From Tubulanus polymorphus (lineage: Eukaryota; Animalia; Nemertea): a stretch of 64,000 nucleotides of DNA. Shown here one piece after another: positions 12,117 through 25,600 of this stretch. The notes below the pieces were generated by a model. The model saw only the letters and a program-made list of their open reading frames with translations. It searched no databases and was not told the origin of the DNA. The first letter of the stretch is position 1, and every line of letters starts with the position of its first letter. The stretch covers positions 23,594,150 to 23,658,149 of the forward strand of contig NC_134026.1 of assembly GCF_964204645.1 (NCBI RefSeq). Direction: 5' to 3'. Both the position numbers and the translations under genes were made by a program.

Positions 12117-15100
12117 GCGGGCAATCCAGTTGCGCTGCCCTATTTTTGGCTTGGGCAATTTGATAGGTTTGTCAGTTACTGACGTCACCCGGCACATCCT
12201 GTCGTAAATGGTGAAAGTAAGGCGTGGTCATCTTGGTTTTCGCGTTCTGTGTGAGGGCGTGTAGAGGGCAGTATATTCCTGGCTGGCTCTTTGTCTGGTG
12301 TTCTTGGCATGTGACCGGCGACGGAGAGCTGAAAAGCTTTCAGACATTAGTTTTGTTCTGTACCAGGTTTTCATCGCTCTTCTCTTTTTTTTCATTTCAG
12401 GACTCCCAAGATGAAGAAGAAGATGCTGAAGGCGACTACAACGAAGACGATGCCAAAAAAGAACACTGAGCTCAGCAATATTGAAAGTTAAGTTGATACA
12501 CATGTAAATTACGATGCGTAATACGGAAAGGATTGTGTAACTACAGAATATCGTTCTTTTACTCATTTAGGTTAATCCCGAAAGGCCCATCTAAAATCTG
12601 CCCACCAGAAGTGCTCACAAAAGACTCCACCTTGAAGTACCACCAAACACCGAAAGACCTGCCGCAACCGAACCTGGCAGTCTTGACCTCATCATGCATG
12701 GCAACAGGAATACGTACATACATAAAGCTAAGTTGATTTTCATATCTTGGATAGAATGCATAGGCGCTGGTCAAGCTCACCATCTCCGCACTACTTTATT
12801 GAAGCTCTGTGGCCGGTAGTAAATTGAAATATAGCTAGGCAATGATTGCTTGAATATCTACAATATTAGACGAAATGATTGAGTGAGGTCCCTTAAATAT
12901 TCTTTGGTCTGATAATTAAAATGTAGATTGGTCAGTTAATGATTAAAAGATTTTGTAAGTACGTACAATTAAGGTAAATTCAATATCTTATGTGACATTT
13001 GAAATTATTCGAATGTACCGTAGATATTTCAGGCCTCATATGACTATTGTTTAACTGACAATCGAGATATAGATAGGACAGTTTACTAATGAGCAATCAT
13101 TCAGTATCTTGTAATGTTTGATGAGACATTCTTTTGGTGTAGATATTTCAAGGCCCCATAAACATTTAGGCCGGCTTTACTTAAAGATATATCAATTAAA
13201 CTTTATCGTCGGTTAATAGAGATTTTTCTTTACAAATAATATATTGATAAATTTATAAAGATTGAGGCCATTTCTTACAGTATATACTGTGTACTGCCTC
13301 ACACATAACAGTGATGTATTTCATAAGATAGTGTCTAAGGCTCTATCGAGGTCTGGTGTCATATGGGGAAAACTATGGACTACGGGTCTTTATGAAACAG
13401 TGATTTAGTCATAACACTTTGATAAATCCAGAATAAACCAAAGCTTTAATTGATTTAATTCATTCCTGAAACAATGCGTCTTGTTTTGGGCGACGCATGA
13501 TAATTGTTGTTTGACTGACAATTAGCATACAGCCAGGAAAAATGGCTTAGATATTCACAATTAAGATGAATTCAATATTTGATGTTAGGTCAAAAACTTT
13601 TTATATCATAAATATTTATTGAAATATAGCTGAAATATATAATATATTTGAGCACATCTATAAGTGAATCAGTCTCATTGACTGATCAGTTCTGTATCGC
13701 CAACTGCCGCGCTTACGACGACTAGCCATGCTTTTCATTATTGGCAAAGTTTACTCAAACCTAACTGATTCAATTAATATCTAAAAGCCATACTGTGTGT
13801 CAAGTGACGCATATTAGATATGGTTTAACTGAAAATTAGAATCTAAGATGAATTACTCATTAACGTATTACTTAGATCGATTAAGGTTAATTCAATTGTT
13901 ATGTGAAATTATTTCTAATTCCATGGACATTTAAAATGTAGCTGATACATGTGTATCTGAGCAAATTTATTTATCTGTATCTAAGTGAACCTATGGTGTC
14001 TTTATACAGCTGTATTAGTTTTGATACATATTGCCTAAATCATTTAACGCAGATTTACTTCCGATCGAATCTGTGCACAAATACATTCCTGGATTTGGAA
14101 GGGGGAATATTTCAATTTCACTATGTATGTCAGATTGAAAGCCTTATTCTGACAGGATATCCTAAACTTAGGTCTTATTCCTCTTGCTAATAGCTCTCTT
14201 TTACTAAACCCTCTCCTTCAAACTATTTTCTAGCATCATGACTCGCACCGCACCAGGGAGGTCCGGTCATAACAAGGTCTTTTGGTCCTTATACACAGTG
14301 TACTATATAGGGAAATAAAGATTATATAGCCATTCGGCTAAGGGAATTTCTAATTTACCACTAAAAATATGCTTTTTTATCTTTAATTTCTGATGAATTC
14401 AAATAGTGACGAATTCCCCACATCTGAAATTCTACTCATGTAGATTTTCAGGCTCCATATAAATATTGTTCAACTGACAATTAAAATATAGCTAGTATGA
14501 TTACTAATTAATGGTTCGCTTAGATACCTAGAATTTAATTAAAATAATTCAATGTAATGAATATAAGTGAAACTTATTCAAAATTGCACAGTGGATGAGA
14601 CGACTGTATCGCGCAATGTCATCTGCGTCTAACTGGGCCACATGTGTGTGTGGGATCTGTTGAATCAGTTAGGTTTTGGGGGATTCTGGGTTAGTTAAGC
14701 TAGGTATCAAAAGCTCTGTTGCAAAATTAGCAGTTCAAATAGTGATTAATTCAAATTCGTACCGGATCTGAAATTCTTCTCGTGTCGAAATTTCAAGCCC
14801 CATATAAAATATAGTCCGAGACAATTTCAATTATAGCTAGGACATTATCAATTAACTAAATGATTAGGTATCTAATTCAGCATCTTCTTATAAGGTAAAA
14901 GTGCTCAAATCTAAACCATAGGGGTTGATAAGACAACTGTATAATTTAATATTGATTGATATATAAAGAATACTGGGTATGTTTTAACTCTGTCTCTTGT
15001 GCGTGGGATTTATTGAATCTTTAAGGCTTTGCAGAATTCTGGATTTGTCGAGTTGTGGGAATGATTCGAGGTTTCTTAAATCTGTAGAACCATGTTACTT

Positions 15101-15859
15101 ATAGGATCAGTGTGCTCAATGCTGGCAGCGCACTCACTCTTCAGTTAGTTATATTATCATAATTACAAAATCATTGTATATATTAGGAGCAATATTTAGA
15201 ATTAATGAAATGGATTAGAATACCATTTACTGGGTACAGATGTCGCCATCTGTGGGTAGAAAACATCTCTTAAGTTTATTAACTGACGATGAAGTAAATT
15301 TGATAATACGAACATGGTTTAGCTGACAATCGAAATATATATAGGCCAATATTACTAGCAGGTTTGCACTGTATGATGGACCTGGGTTTCAATAAAAGAC
15401 ACATCAAGAATTTCAAGAAGATAGAAGAGAAAACAGTTCAAAAACGATTTGATAAGATTGATTATGCATTACTAAATTTGTTGTAACTCTGGTATTCCTA
15501 GAGATGACTATAGATGCTTTAGTTGAATTGTTGTTAAACTATAAATCAATCATTGCTTAGATATTTAGAATATAGATGAATTACTATATGAGTTGAATTT
15601 CATAAATATCATTTAAGACCATTATTAAAATCTACGTATCGATCCACATTGCTGATCTTATATATGAATTGACATGATAATTATGATCAGTGATATTCAA
15701 AAGGATTTTCTGCTCAAAAGGTTCTGCTCTTTTCTTCAGCTAGCCATTTCAGACTGATTGGAAGATAGTTTGAATGAATCGGAATCAAATTTCCCAATTA
15801 TGTACTTCGATTTCAGACATACTCGAGAAAAACTACAATAAACTTTAAAAAATTAAATG

Positions 15860-17115
15860 GTGAAAATGACGAAAAAATTAAAGTTAGACAAAATTCTCCC
15901 ACCTTGTAAACTTTCGGACTAGTTACATGTAAAAAGACCAAGTATTGTAAAATATAGTTATTTCCAAAATATCGATGTATTGTATTAGGCAGAAAAAAAT
16001 AGATAAAATTATTCAACCTTGTAAACTTTCGGACTAGTTACATGAAAAAAAGACCAAATATTGTAAAATATAGTTATTTCCAAAATCGCGATGTATTAAA
16101 TTAGGCAGAAAAAAAATAGATAAAATTATTCAACCTTGTAAACTTTCGGACTAGTTACATGAAAAAAAAGACCAAATATTGTAAAATATAGTTATTTCCA
16201 AAATCTCGATGTATTAAATTAGGCAGAAAAAAAATAGATAAAATTATTCAACCTTGTAAACTTTCGGACTAGTTACATGAAAAAATACAAAATATTGTAA
16301 AATATAGTTATTTCCAAAATCGCGATGTATTAAATTAGGCAGAAAAAAAATAGATAAAATTATTCAACCTTGTAAACTTTCGGACTAGTTACATGAAAAA
16401 AAGACCAAATATTGTAAAATATAGTTATTTCCAAAATCTCCATGTATTAAATTAGGCAGAAAAAAATAGATAAAATTATTCAACCTTGTAAACTTTCGGA
16501 CTAGTTACATGAAAAAAAGACCAAATATTGTAAAATATAGTTATTTACAAAATCGCGATGTATTAAATTAGGCAGAAAAAAAATAGATAAAATTATTCAA
16601 CCTTGTAAACTTTCGGACTAGTTACATGAAAAAAAAGACCAAATATTGTAAAATATAGTTATTTCCAAAATCTCGATGTATTAAATTAGGCAGAAAAAAA
16701 AATAGATAAAATTATTCAACCTTGTAAACTTTCGGACTAGTTACATGAAAAAAGACCAAATATTGTAAAATATAGTTATTTCCAAAATCGCGATGTATTA
16801 AATTAGGCAGAAAAAAAATAGATAAAATTATTCAACCTTGTAAACTTTCGGACTAGTTACATAAAAACAAGACCAAATATTGTAAAATATAGTTATTTCC
16901 AAAATCTCCATGTATTAAATTAGGCAGAAAAAAAGTTAACCCCAATCAGTCACTTAATATGTGCTTCGACTATTTAAACGGTGAAAACGACCAAAAAAAT
17001 TGAAGTTAGACAAAATTATTAAACGTTGTAAACTTTCGGACTAGTTACATAACAAAAAGATCAAATATTGTAAAATTATCTTCAACCTTGTAATATAGTT
17101 ATTTCCAAAATCAGA
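15860..17115. repeat. AT-rich minisatellite, ~117-118 bp unit, ~9-10 copies
   Basis: ACCTTGTAAACTTTCGGACTAGTTACAT recurs at ~15900, 16014, 16131, 16249, 16365, 16481, 16598, 16717, 16833 and, degenerate, at ~17022. Confidence 0.95.
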
Positions 17116-17792
17116 ATTAGGGAGAATAAAAGATTGTTTGAATGAACCGGAACCAAATTACCAATTATGTTCTTGGACTTTAAAAAAATGACCGCCGATC
17201 ACGCAACTGTATCTGTACTTCAATTTCCGATTTTGAAAAAACCGCCGTTTCGCTCCCGGCAGGTGTGGTAGGTTTGTAAGGGACACCAACTCAAACAAGA
17301 GCTTGATGTCAACAAATCATCAGAAATCTGCCGATTAGAGAACAGCGCACAGAAGGGGCCGATTCGAATGAAACTGAAGAACCAACCAACTTAGGAGATC
17401 CGATAATGATGAACACAGCAATCATAGAAGGTACAACTTGAATTGAATTCATCAACTACCATGGAAGAGTCCAACGAATTTAACTCATGAACCAACTAAG
17501 ACAATCCTAGCCGATACTCGGCAATCTTGAAAGGTAAGTTGATTCACATCGAAATTATTATGATTAATGTTATATGAAATATTGTGTGAATACAGGATAT
17601 TGTCTTTAACTCTTTTCAGCTAAATCACATCTATGAGAAAAAGCCCATACTAAGATCAACTAACCATCTAGATTCTACTGATTAAAACAGTCAGCAGAAT
17701 GAATCCAACTTGAATTTAACTGCTGAAGTCTAGATGAGAAATTCAGCCAGCATCGGTTTATCGCTCAATGATGGATTTCTTCTACAATTGGT

Positions 17793-18338
17793 GGAGCAGA
17801 GACATTGCGTCTCTCATGACAATTATTCAGGAGCAGCAGAGACAATGCGTATCTTATAAACACTTATTCAGGAGCAGCAGAGACAATGCGTATCTTATAA
17901 ACACTTATTCAGGAGCAGCAGAGACAATGCGTGTCTTATAAACACTTATTCAGGAGCAGCAGAGACATTGCGTATCTTATAAACACTTATTCAGGAGCAG
18001 CAGAGACAATGCGTGTCTTATAAAAACAATTATTCAGGAGCAGCAGAGACAATGCGTATCTTATAAACACTTATTCAGGAGCAGCAGAGACATTGCGTAT
18101 CTTATAAACACTTATTCAGGAGCAGCAGAGACAATGCGTGTCTTATAAAAACAATTATTCAGGAGCAGCAGAGACAATGCGTATCTTATAAACACTTATT
18201 CAGGAGCAGCAGAGACATTGCGTATCTTATAAACACTTATTCAGGAGAGCAGCAGAGACAATGCGTGTCTTATAAAAACACTTATTCAGGAGCAGCAGAG
18301 ACATTGCGTATCTTATGAACACTTATTCAGGAGCAGCA
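17793..18338. repeat. 41-43 bp minisatellite, ~13 copies
   Basis: Unit AAACACTTATTCAGGAGCAGCAGAGACAATGCGTATCTTAT repeated head-to-tail without spacers. Confidence 0.95.
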
Positions 18339-19478
18339 ACAACAGTAGAATATGTGAAGTATTGATTGATTTTACGTATCACCTTTTTACAAATCAGTCT
18401 GATGTGTAACATGAGTTTACAAAATTCACTGTCTATTTGAAGGGGCGGAATAAACTAAAGAATACTTGATTAGTTGTTGAAATGTTGATTATTAAAATTA
18501 GGTAATTTGGGCTCTGGGCCTGAGAAGGAACTATTCATGTTTGAATATTTCAATAAAATGGCATCCTCCTGATTCTTTATACTGATTAGGCAAACTGTTT
18601 AGATTTGTTAAACAGTTGCAACTTTTAAACACAATAAAGGATGTTGGAACGTTATTAGTTTGAACTCTTGAACTTGATTTTGATCGTTTTAATTTTGTTT
18701 ATAGCTGTTTTAACTTCTTTCATTGTCATCCATATCATAAGGTTGAGTGGCTTTCATACTAATCGGGGTGTTTTATAATAAACTATTATTTAGGTGCAGC
18801 AGTGAATTTGTAGCACTTTTTTTAAGTGAGCCCATAATTTCACCGATAAAAAATTCCTGATGATGTAGACTGTAATAAATAGTACAAAATACATAGAACA
18901 TAATTAAGAAAAATACATTAAAAAAAACAACTAATGAAAAAATACATAACAAAAAAAAACAAATTAAATTATAAGTATTACAAATAAACGAAACCAACAA
19001 ACAATTAGTAAATACTCTATATAGGGCCTTCATCATCAGGCATTTTTTCTAATCAACTTAATCCAATTATTAAAGGTTCTTTTTTCATAGAACAACCTTC
19101 TCCGTGTTTCCCAACCTCTTGAGATCCTTTTTGTTGTTGTTTTAAGCATTCTATCGGCTCAGTAATAAATGCTAAACCTTAACTAAATCAAACACACTAA
19201 AAAATATCTGTTTCGATATGATGCTTCAAATAACTGATGAAAGATCATGCGTCCATTTACCTATATATCACACCCTATCACTGCTGTAACTGTTAATTGT
19301 TTTAGGGATAATATCTGGGAGATACATTTTACTCTTTTTTAGAAAGAATGTTAAACAGCTATAAACGTGATTAGTTATCGATAGTAAAATTATAGTCATG
19401 TTTTCCCTATAACGTCCAAATAACGTTGTATTAAATGATGAGCGAACTGATAATGTTTGAAAATCTCAGGCAAAGTTA

Positions 19479-19540
19479 GAAAAACTCTAGTTATCTTGTA
19501 AAAAACTCTAGTTATCTTGTAAAAAACTCTAGTTATCTTG
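19479..19540. repeat. 21-bp tandem repeat x3
   Basis: AAAAACTCTAGTTATCTTGTA repeated three times. Confidence 0.85.
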
Positions 19541-20761
19541 GAAAATAATTTTAATGAAAATGAAAATAAAGATTGATTAGCTAATCTCAAGCTTTCCAGA
19601 GTTAATCTTTAGGTTTTATCTCTGATTTTAATGCTTTAATGTTGAACTGTTTTTTTTTCAAATACAGTTCACCCATTGGTTAACGAAGAACTGATAATTC
19701 CTCGAATACAAAGCAAAGTTTGCAAAATTTCAGTTTTCTTGTAAAGATAATGTTAATGAAATGAAATTAGAGATTGATTATTTGAATGAATTTGTGGTTT
19801 TATGTCCAGCTTTAATGTTTATATGCTGGAGATATGTTTTGCAGTTTTTTGTATAAACAGAAATCTTTCTTACATTGTCATTTGCTGTATAGTTGATATG
19901 ATAGAATGCTTCATATTTCATCTCTGGTTTTAGTACGGGGAGCCATGGACTCGAGAGTCCATGGTTGTGGGCCATAGACGTTTTTGTTTTAGAGTCTATG
20001 GTTGGACCATGGATGTATAAACTTTAGTTTATAGTTTATACGTCCATGGTTAGACTGTTTTTGAAATACAGTCCACGTGTTTGAGGGGCTTACGTTATAG
20101 TTCCTCGAGCACAAACCTGGCATTTTTTGTAATTGTTGTACACTGTATGAGAATAAATATGATTGAAATTCTTTATCTGTTTAGCTACTCTGAACTTCAT
20201 TAGTTCACCTGTCAGTAGTTTTTTGTTATCTTGCAATCCACCTCTTTTTTTCAACCCAATATTCCCACCAACATTGTGCGGAGACGAGGATGTCCGGAAA
20301 ACATGATAATCGAATATTGGCAATACAGCTTACCACTTCAACCCAGACACACCTAATACTTGTTGACCGGTTAGAAGCGAGTGTTGAGCTGCCGAAGAGT
20401 AATTACGAAATTAGCAATCTTTTTGATTGTCACTATAGCCATCAGGGGCGGATCCAGACCGTATTGCCCAATACATTGTACGGTCTAAAATGTAAGTGCC
20501 CTTTGGCAATTTTGTGACGGCATATATATTTCACCACCCGCTAATTTGATATTTTCACTGATGATCGGTTTGATTTTTATATACAGAAACAGAGTCCTGA
20601 ATAGTTAACTTTGCCTTTAAAAGTGGCACCCAGTATCCTTCTTTTGGTATTAACATTACATAATTTTACATGAGATTTGTGTTTCTCTTGTAAAAATCAT
20701 TGTTTTTATTTTCTTCATGCTTTCGATAAATGTAGCCGATGACCTCCTGATCGTCTCTAAA

Positions 20762-21640
20762 GTTCGAACCCAGTAATTACTGATACTGGTTCAGAGTGGT
20801 CCTGATGCTGAATAGAGGATGTACAGGGGTGTCCCGGGTTCAAACCCAGTAATTACTGATACTGATTCAGAGTGGTCCTGATGCTGAAAAGAGGATGTAC
20901 GGGGTTCAAACCCAGTAATTACTGATACTGGGTTCAGAGTGATCCTGATGCAGAATATAGGATGTACAGGGTTCAAACCCAGTAATCACTGATACTGATT
21001 CAGAGTGGTCCTGATGCTGAATGGAGGATGTACAGGGGTGTCGCGGGTTCAAACCCAGTAATTACTGATACTGATTCAGAGTGGTCCTAATGCTGAATAA
21101 AGGATGTACAAGGATGCCCCGACCGTACAGTGCTGCCGCTATGCTCATCGTTAGCGGGATTTTCATACACTAACTAAAGTCAACTCTGGCAATCGACGTG
21201 CTGTCCAGTTATACTCCGTGACCTTAGCTTGCCAGAGTGGTGAGGCAGCACCGTACGGTAAAATGTTGATATCTTAACAAAAGTAATTACTGATAACTGA
21301 TTCAGAGCGGTACTGATGCTGAATAGAACCCATCAATTACTGTGATTCAGAGTGGTCCTGATGGATAAAGGATGAACAGGGGTGTCCCGAGTTCAAACCC
21401 AGTAATTACTGATACTGATTCAGAGTGGTCCTGATGCTGAATAGAGGATGTACAGGGGTGTCCCGGGTTCAAACCCATCAATAACTGTGATTTAGAGTGG
21501 TCCTGATGGATAGAGCATGAGCAGGGGTGTCCCGGGTTCGAACCCAGTAATTACTGATACTGATTCAGAGGGTCCTGATGCTAAATAGAGGATGTACGGG
21601 GGTGTCCCGGGTTCAAACCCAGTAATTACTGATACTGATA
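20762..21640 (+). repeat. ~76-bp tandem array with tRNA-like A/B boxes, in two blocks split by ~150 bp of unique sequence
   Basis: GTTCAAACCCAGTAATTACTGATACTGATTCAGAGTGGTCCTGATGCTGAATAGAGGATGTACAGGGGTGTCCCGG, ~10 full or partial copies; period 76 bp (21391 to 21467). Confidence 0.9.
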
Positions 21641-22640
21641 TCATAATGGTTCATCATGATGATGATGAACCATTGTTGGGTGTTGATTACTGATATATGA
21701 ATGATCTACCGATGGAATTATTGAATTCACAGCTTGTTTCACTAATTCTATATGTAATGAATGATCTTTCCTCTAGTTGTTCAGTTCTATCTCTCCTGAC
21801 GCCAGCAACACGGCCATCGTCAATTTGAGTTGATGTTTTTTGACAATCAATTGCTCTATATTGACAATCATCGGGAACTGTTCCAGCCGTACAATTTGTC
21901 TTGTGATTTTCTAGTTTCTCTTCTGTTTCATAAAGCCCTCTACACTTTCCGCAGCAATAAAACACGCAGTCCATTGTAATAAAATTGGCTCAATTCAATA
22001 AATGTGTGATACTCCACCACCTTCTGCTCCCTCGAACTAACTGCTCCCTAACTTCACTTCAGTTTTTTAAAACTTGTGAACAGTAAATGAATACTTATTT
22101 ACAAATATTCTGTTGATTGTCTATTGTAGGTCATTGATTGTGTTCTGATGAAGATTTTCTGAGATACAACTCAGGATTTCTTTAGAATTAGAAGTTATAC
22201 GTATTAAATTGAATGAGCTCAACATGCACAGAATGAATTGTTGTTTCAGTTTGAAGAACCGATGAAACATGAATTGAAAAGTCAATCCAGGTTAGTATAT
22301 GTATATTGATTTTATTTCAGAAAGTAACGTCAATCACGAATCAAAGAGATTGACGAATCCAGCATTAATCATCATGAAATTAGATTTCAAATAACAAGTG
22401 GTGAAACTCCTTGATTCTGATGCAGTGACGAGGGAATTTATGGATAACTGCACGAGCGAGGATGCAATTGGAACTGAGATATTGAATAAGATTTTGTACT
22501 AGAAGTGGACAATAAATATAGAATGGCAGTAAAAAAGAGTTTGTCGTGATGGATTTTATACTCAATTTCTAGCAAAAATCATTTTTGGTCCATGAGGAGA
22601 GGAAAATATTGCGAATATCCAGATGATCTGAATCACTGGT

Positions 22641-23665
22641 TTTTGATTTGATTTGATTTATTTTGCATAAATAATTGGTACAAGGATTATAACATAATAG
22701 TTATTACATAATATATAGTCGGTGTAACAATAATTTATGCGAGGAATTGAAGAAAAGCCAATAAGGCTTATACTAGTCTGAAATCCCTCACCACATACGC
22801 TCACATTCTCGCAATCATACGCACACCACACACATACGTTACTAGAGACACTCTAAAAGATATAAATATAAATTAGACTTGAAGTCAGAACACACAATTA
22901 TGGTTACTAGTAGTTAGACAAGAGCAGACTTCTGAGACTGTAACGAAATATACTTAAATGGGGCTGATTTTTCAATTCAGATGGTAGATTGTTCCAGTAT
23001 TTTGCACCTTGAATTTTAATACTTCTAGATTTTATATTAGTTTTGGAAAATTCGATGAAAAGATCATTGATTCTGCGCGTGTTGCGCCAATTAGGTCTAG
23101 TACGCCGAAAAATGAAGAAGTCTTCAAAAAGGTCAGGTAACAAATTATTAATTTGACAGAAGGTGAAAGTTCCAAGCTGTTGTTTATAAATATCACATAA
23201 TTTCAGGATTTTGAGTCTTTTGAAAATTGGTGACGTGTGTTCTAACCAGTCAGAACGCGTTACAGTACGTATTGCTCTTTTCTGGAGAACAAAAAGAGGG
23301 TTTAAATAGGTACAACAAGCATTTCCCCATATAACATTGGCATAATCCAAATGTGAATGGACAAAACAATGGTATAAATCTTTCAAAATGTCTGGAGATA
23401 AGTAATTTTTCAACCGGTTAATGATGCCAATGCCACGTGAGACTTTTTTACAAACAAAATTGATGTGTTCCTTCCATGTTAAATTTTGATCAAAAATTAT
23501 GCCTAGAAATTTTGTGCTTGTTACTCTTTTTATCGGTTGACCATCTAAGCGTATATTTAGATCCGGAAAAAATCTGTTGCCAAAAATAATGTAATTTGTT
23601 TTATCTATATTAACGGAAAGGCGATTCGCTCTAAACCAGTTGAGGAGCTGATTTAACTCTCTTAA
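22641..23665 (-). mobile_element. 5'-truncated CR1/L2-group LINE (RT C-terminal part, 3' UTR and microsatellite tail)
   Basis: Minus-strand frame reads WFRANRLSVNIDKT...KFLGIIFDQNLTWKEHI...LYHCFVHSHLDYANVIWG...LQKRAIR...GAKYWNNLP, stop near 22907. (TCAAA)n-like tail at ~22641-22660. Confidence 0.9.
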
Positions 23666-23768
23666 CTTTGGCTGATTTTACCCAAGTCTGTCCCAATTCT
23701 GTCTGTATCGAGAATATAAGTAGAGATGTTGCGGTGGATCCAAATATCTGATCTCACAAAACACTGAC

Positions 23769-25600
23769 CAGTCAGGAACACTTTCCAAAAACGGCTTATT
23801 CTGCCAATTTCGGCGTTTTCTGCCAATTACGGCAGAATCAGCCGTTTATGGATCACTCAGTTTTGAAACTTTCACAGTCGTTAATGGCTTAATCAGCCAG
23901 TTTCAGCTCACTAAGTTTCGAGTTTTGCTTTAAAGTTTTTTGCGCACTTCCGGTTCAATTAGCGCATGTTGCCGATGACGTCATAATCTCGAGCAGACGA
24001 TAAGCTTTATGACGCTAAGATGGAAATTTTTGAGCTAGGTAAAGTGGTCAAATTTCCGTTTTTCTAGATGATTACGTCATATGAAGCCCAAAAACTCCGG
24101 GGAAACTCAAAACTACTACAGCATGAAACAAGTTTATTAATCATGATTTTTGTTTAAAATAAATTTGGGAACTAGTTTTAAAAACTATTATAAAGTTTTC
24201 AAGTAAACGTCGCCATGGGTACACATAAAAACATTCGCCATTTCTGGCGTACTCCGCCGTTTTTGGCGTAGTTAGTTTTATAATCATAAACTATTAAGCC
24301 ATTATTGGCAGTCCACTTGTTATATATGAGGATTCCCCCACCCACTTAGACGTTTTCCCTAGTGTCTACACGGTACTTTTTTTTCGGAATAAAATAATGA
24401 ATTTGCTGTGGTGAACGGATGTGTAAATATTATATGTTAAAAATGAAAATAAAATTATTATTATAATTATCATTCTCATAAGACAAATCAATCATGGATG
24501 TATAAACTAGTGTATCAAAAATCTAGTTTTAAGTTTTGCCCATGTCTTATCTTGCGCCTAATAAAGCATAGAATGGTGGGATATATTGAACTGCATATGA
24601 TGTTGGTTAATTGAAGGTAATTAACATCTTCGATGCCTCCCAGCTAATTGGACTTGTGATGGATAGTGATTGGATGAATTGGTGGCCGATGACGTTACAA
24701 CACTCAAACTCAATACAGCTGTATCTAGACTCATATCAAAATACAACAAACATTTTCGAAACAATTTGGGATACATGTATGTATATATTTATTACATAGC
24801 ATACAGGTATACAGAAAGAACAGAATTCAAATACATTTGCCATCGGAAACCCGTACATTTACATCTAATTCTTTCTTGAAGCCTGGAATGGATCAATGAG
24901 ATTAATTTAAATTTTAATTTTAATTATTTTTTTAAAAAATGTATGCCAGCAGAAAAGCGATGGTGTCATAATAGGGACTCCCATCGAACTAAGCACTATA
25001 AATAGCACCTGTAAAACTATAAGCGTTTTTATCTAAGCAAATCGCTTTGGATTTGCAAATCCACCTGTCTCGCTGATTTGATAAATCGATTTGCAGTTAG
25101 ATAAACGCGCGGATTAGTAACCAGTGCTGGGAGACTTGCTGATTCTTTTCCGCCATCTTTACTCTCCATGTGAATCTACTAAAATCAGTTTGACAAATCA
25201 AGCAAATCGCTCCACTAGCGATTTACTTGATTGGTCAAATCGATTTGAGTAATCATTTAAATAAATACATTGATTAGCTGAATCGATTTGATAAATCAAG
25301 TAGATAAATGCGCAGAATTTACTTTGGTAAATTGATTTGACAAATCAACATCTAGATAAAAACGCCTTATCTAAGCTAAAAACGCCGTTTCTGGCGATGT
25401 TGTTTTAAAAACTGTAACAGGAAAACGGCGGAAATGGCGTTTTTTAAGAACAAGCCAAAAATGGCAGAAAACGCCGATTTCGGCTAAATTGGCAGAAGCA
25501 GTTTAAAACTGAGTGATCCATAAATGGCTGATTCTGCCATTATTGGCGGAAAACGCCGAAATTGGCAGAATAAGCCGTTTTTGGAAAGTGTTCCTGACTG
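23769..25600. mobile_element. Non-autonomous DNA transposon, ~100-bp TIRs, 5-bp TSD CTGAC
   Basis: CAGTCAGGAACACTTTCCAAAAACGGCTTATTCTGCCAATTTCGGCGTTTTC... at 23769 is mirrored, ending at 25600. CTGAC flanks both sides (23764-23768, 25601-25605). No transposase ORF. Confidence 0.9.
25021..25367. mobile_element. Nested MITE (PIF/Harbinger-like) inside the 1.8-kb TIR element
   Basis: TIRs A(A/G)GCGTTTTTATCTA / TAGATAAAAACGCCT, flanked by TAT on both sides. Repeated internal AAATCGATTTG-type palindromes. Confidence 0.65.

Noticed and set aside
17793-18338. CRISPR-like regular array
   Set aside because: Units are contiguous and near-identical with no unique spacers, there are no cas genes, and the context is eukaryotic
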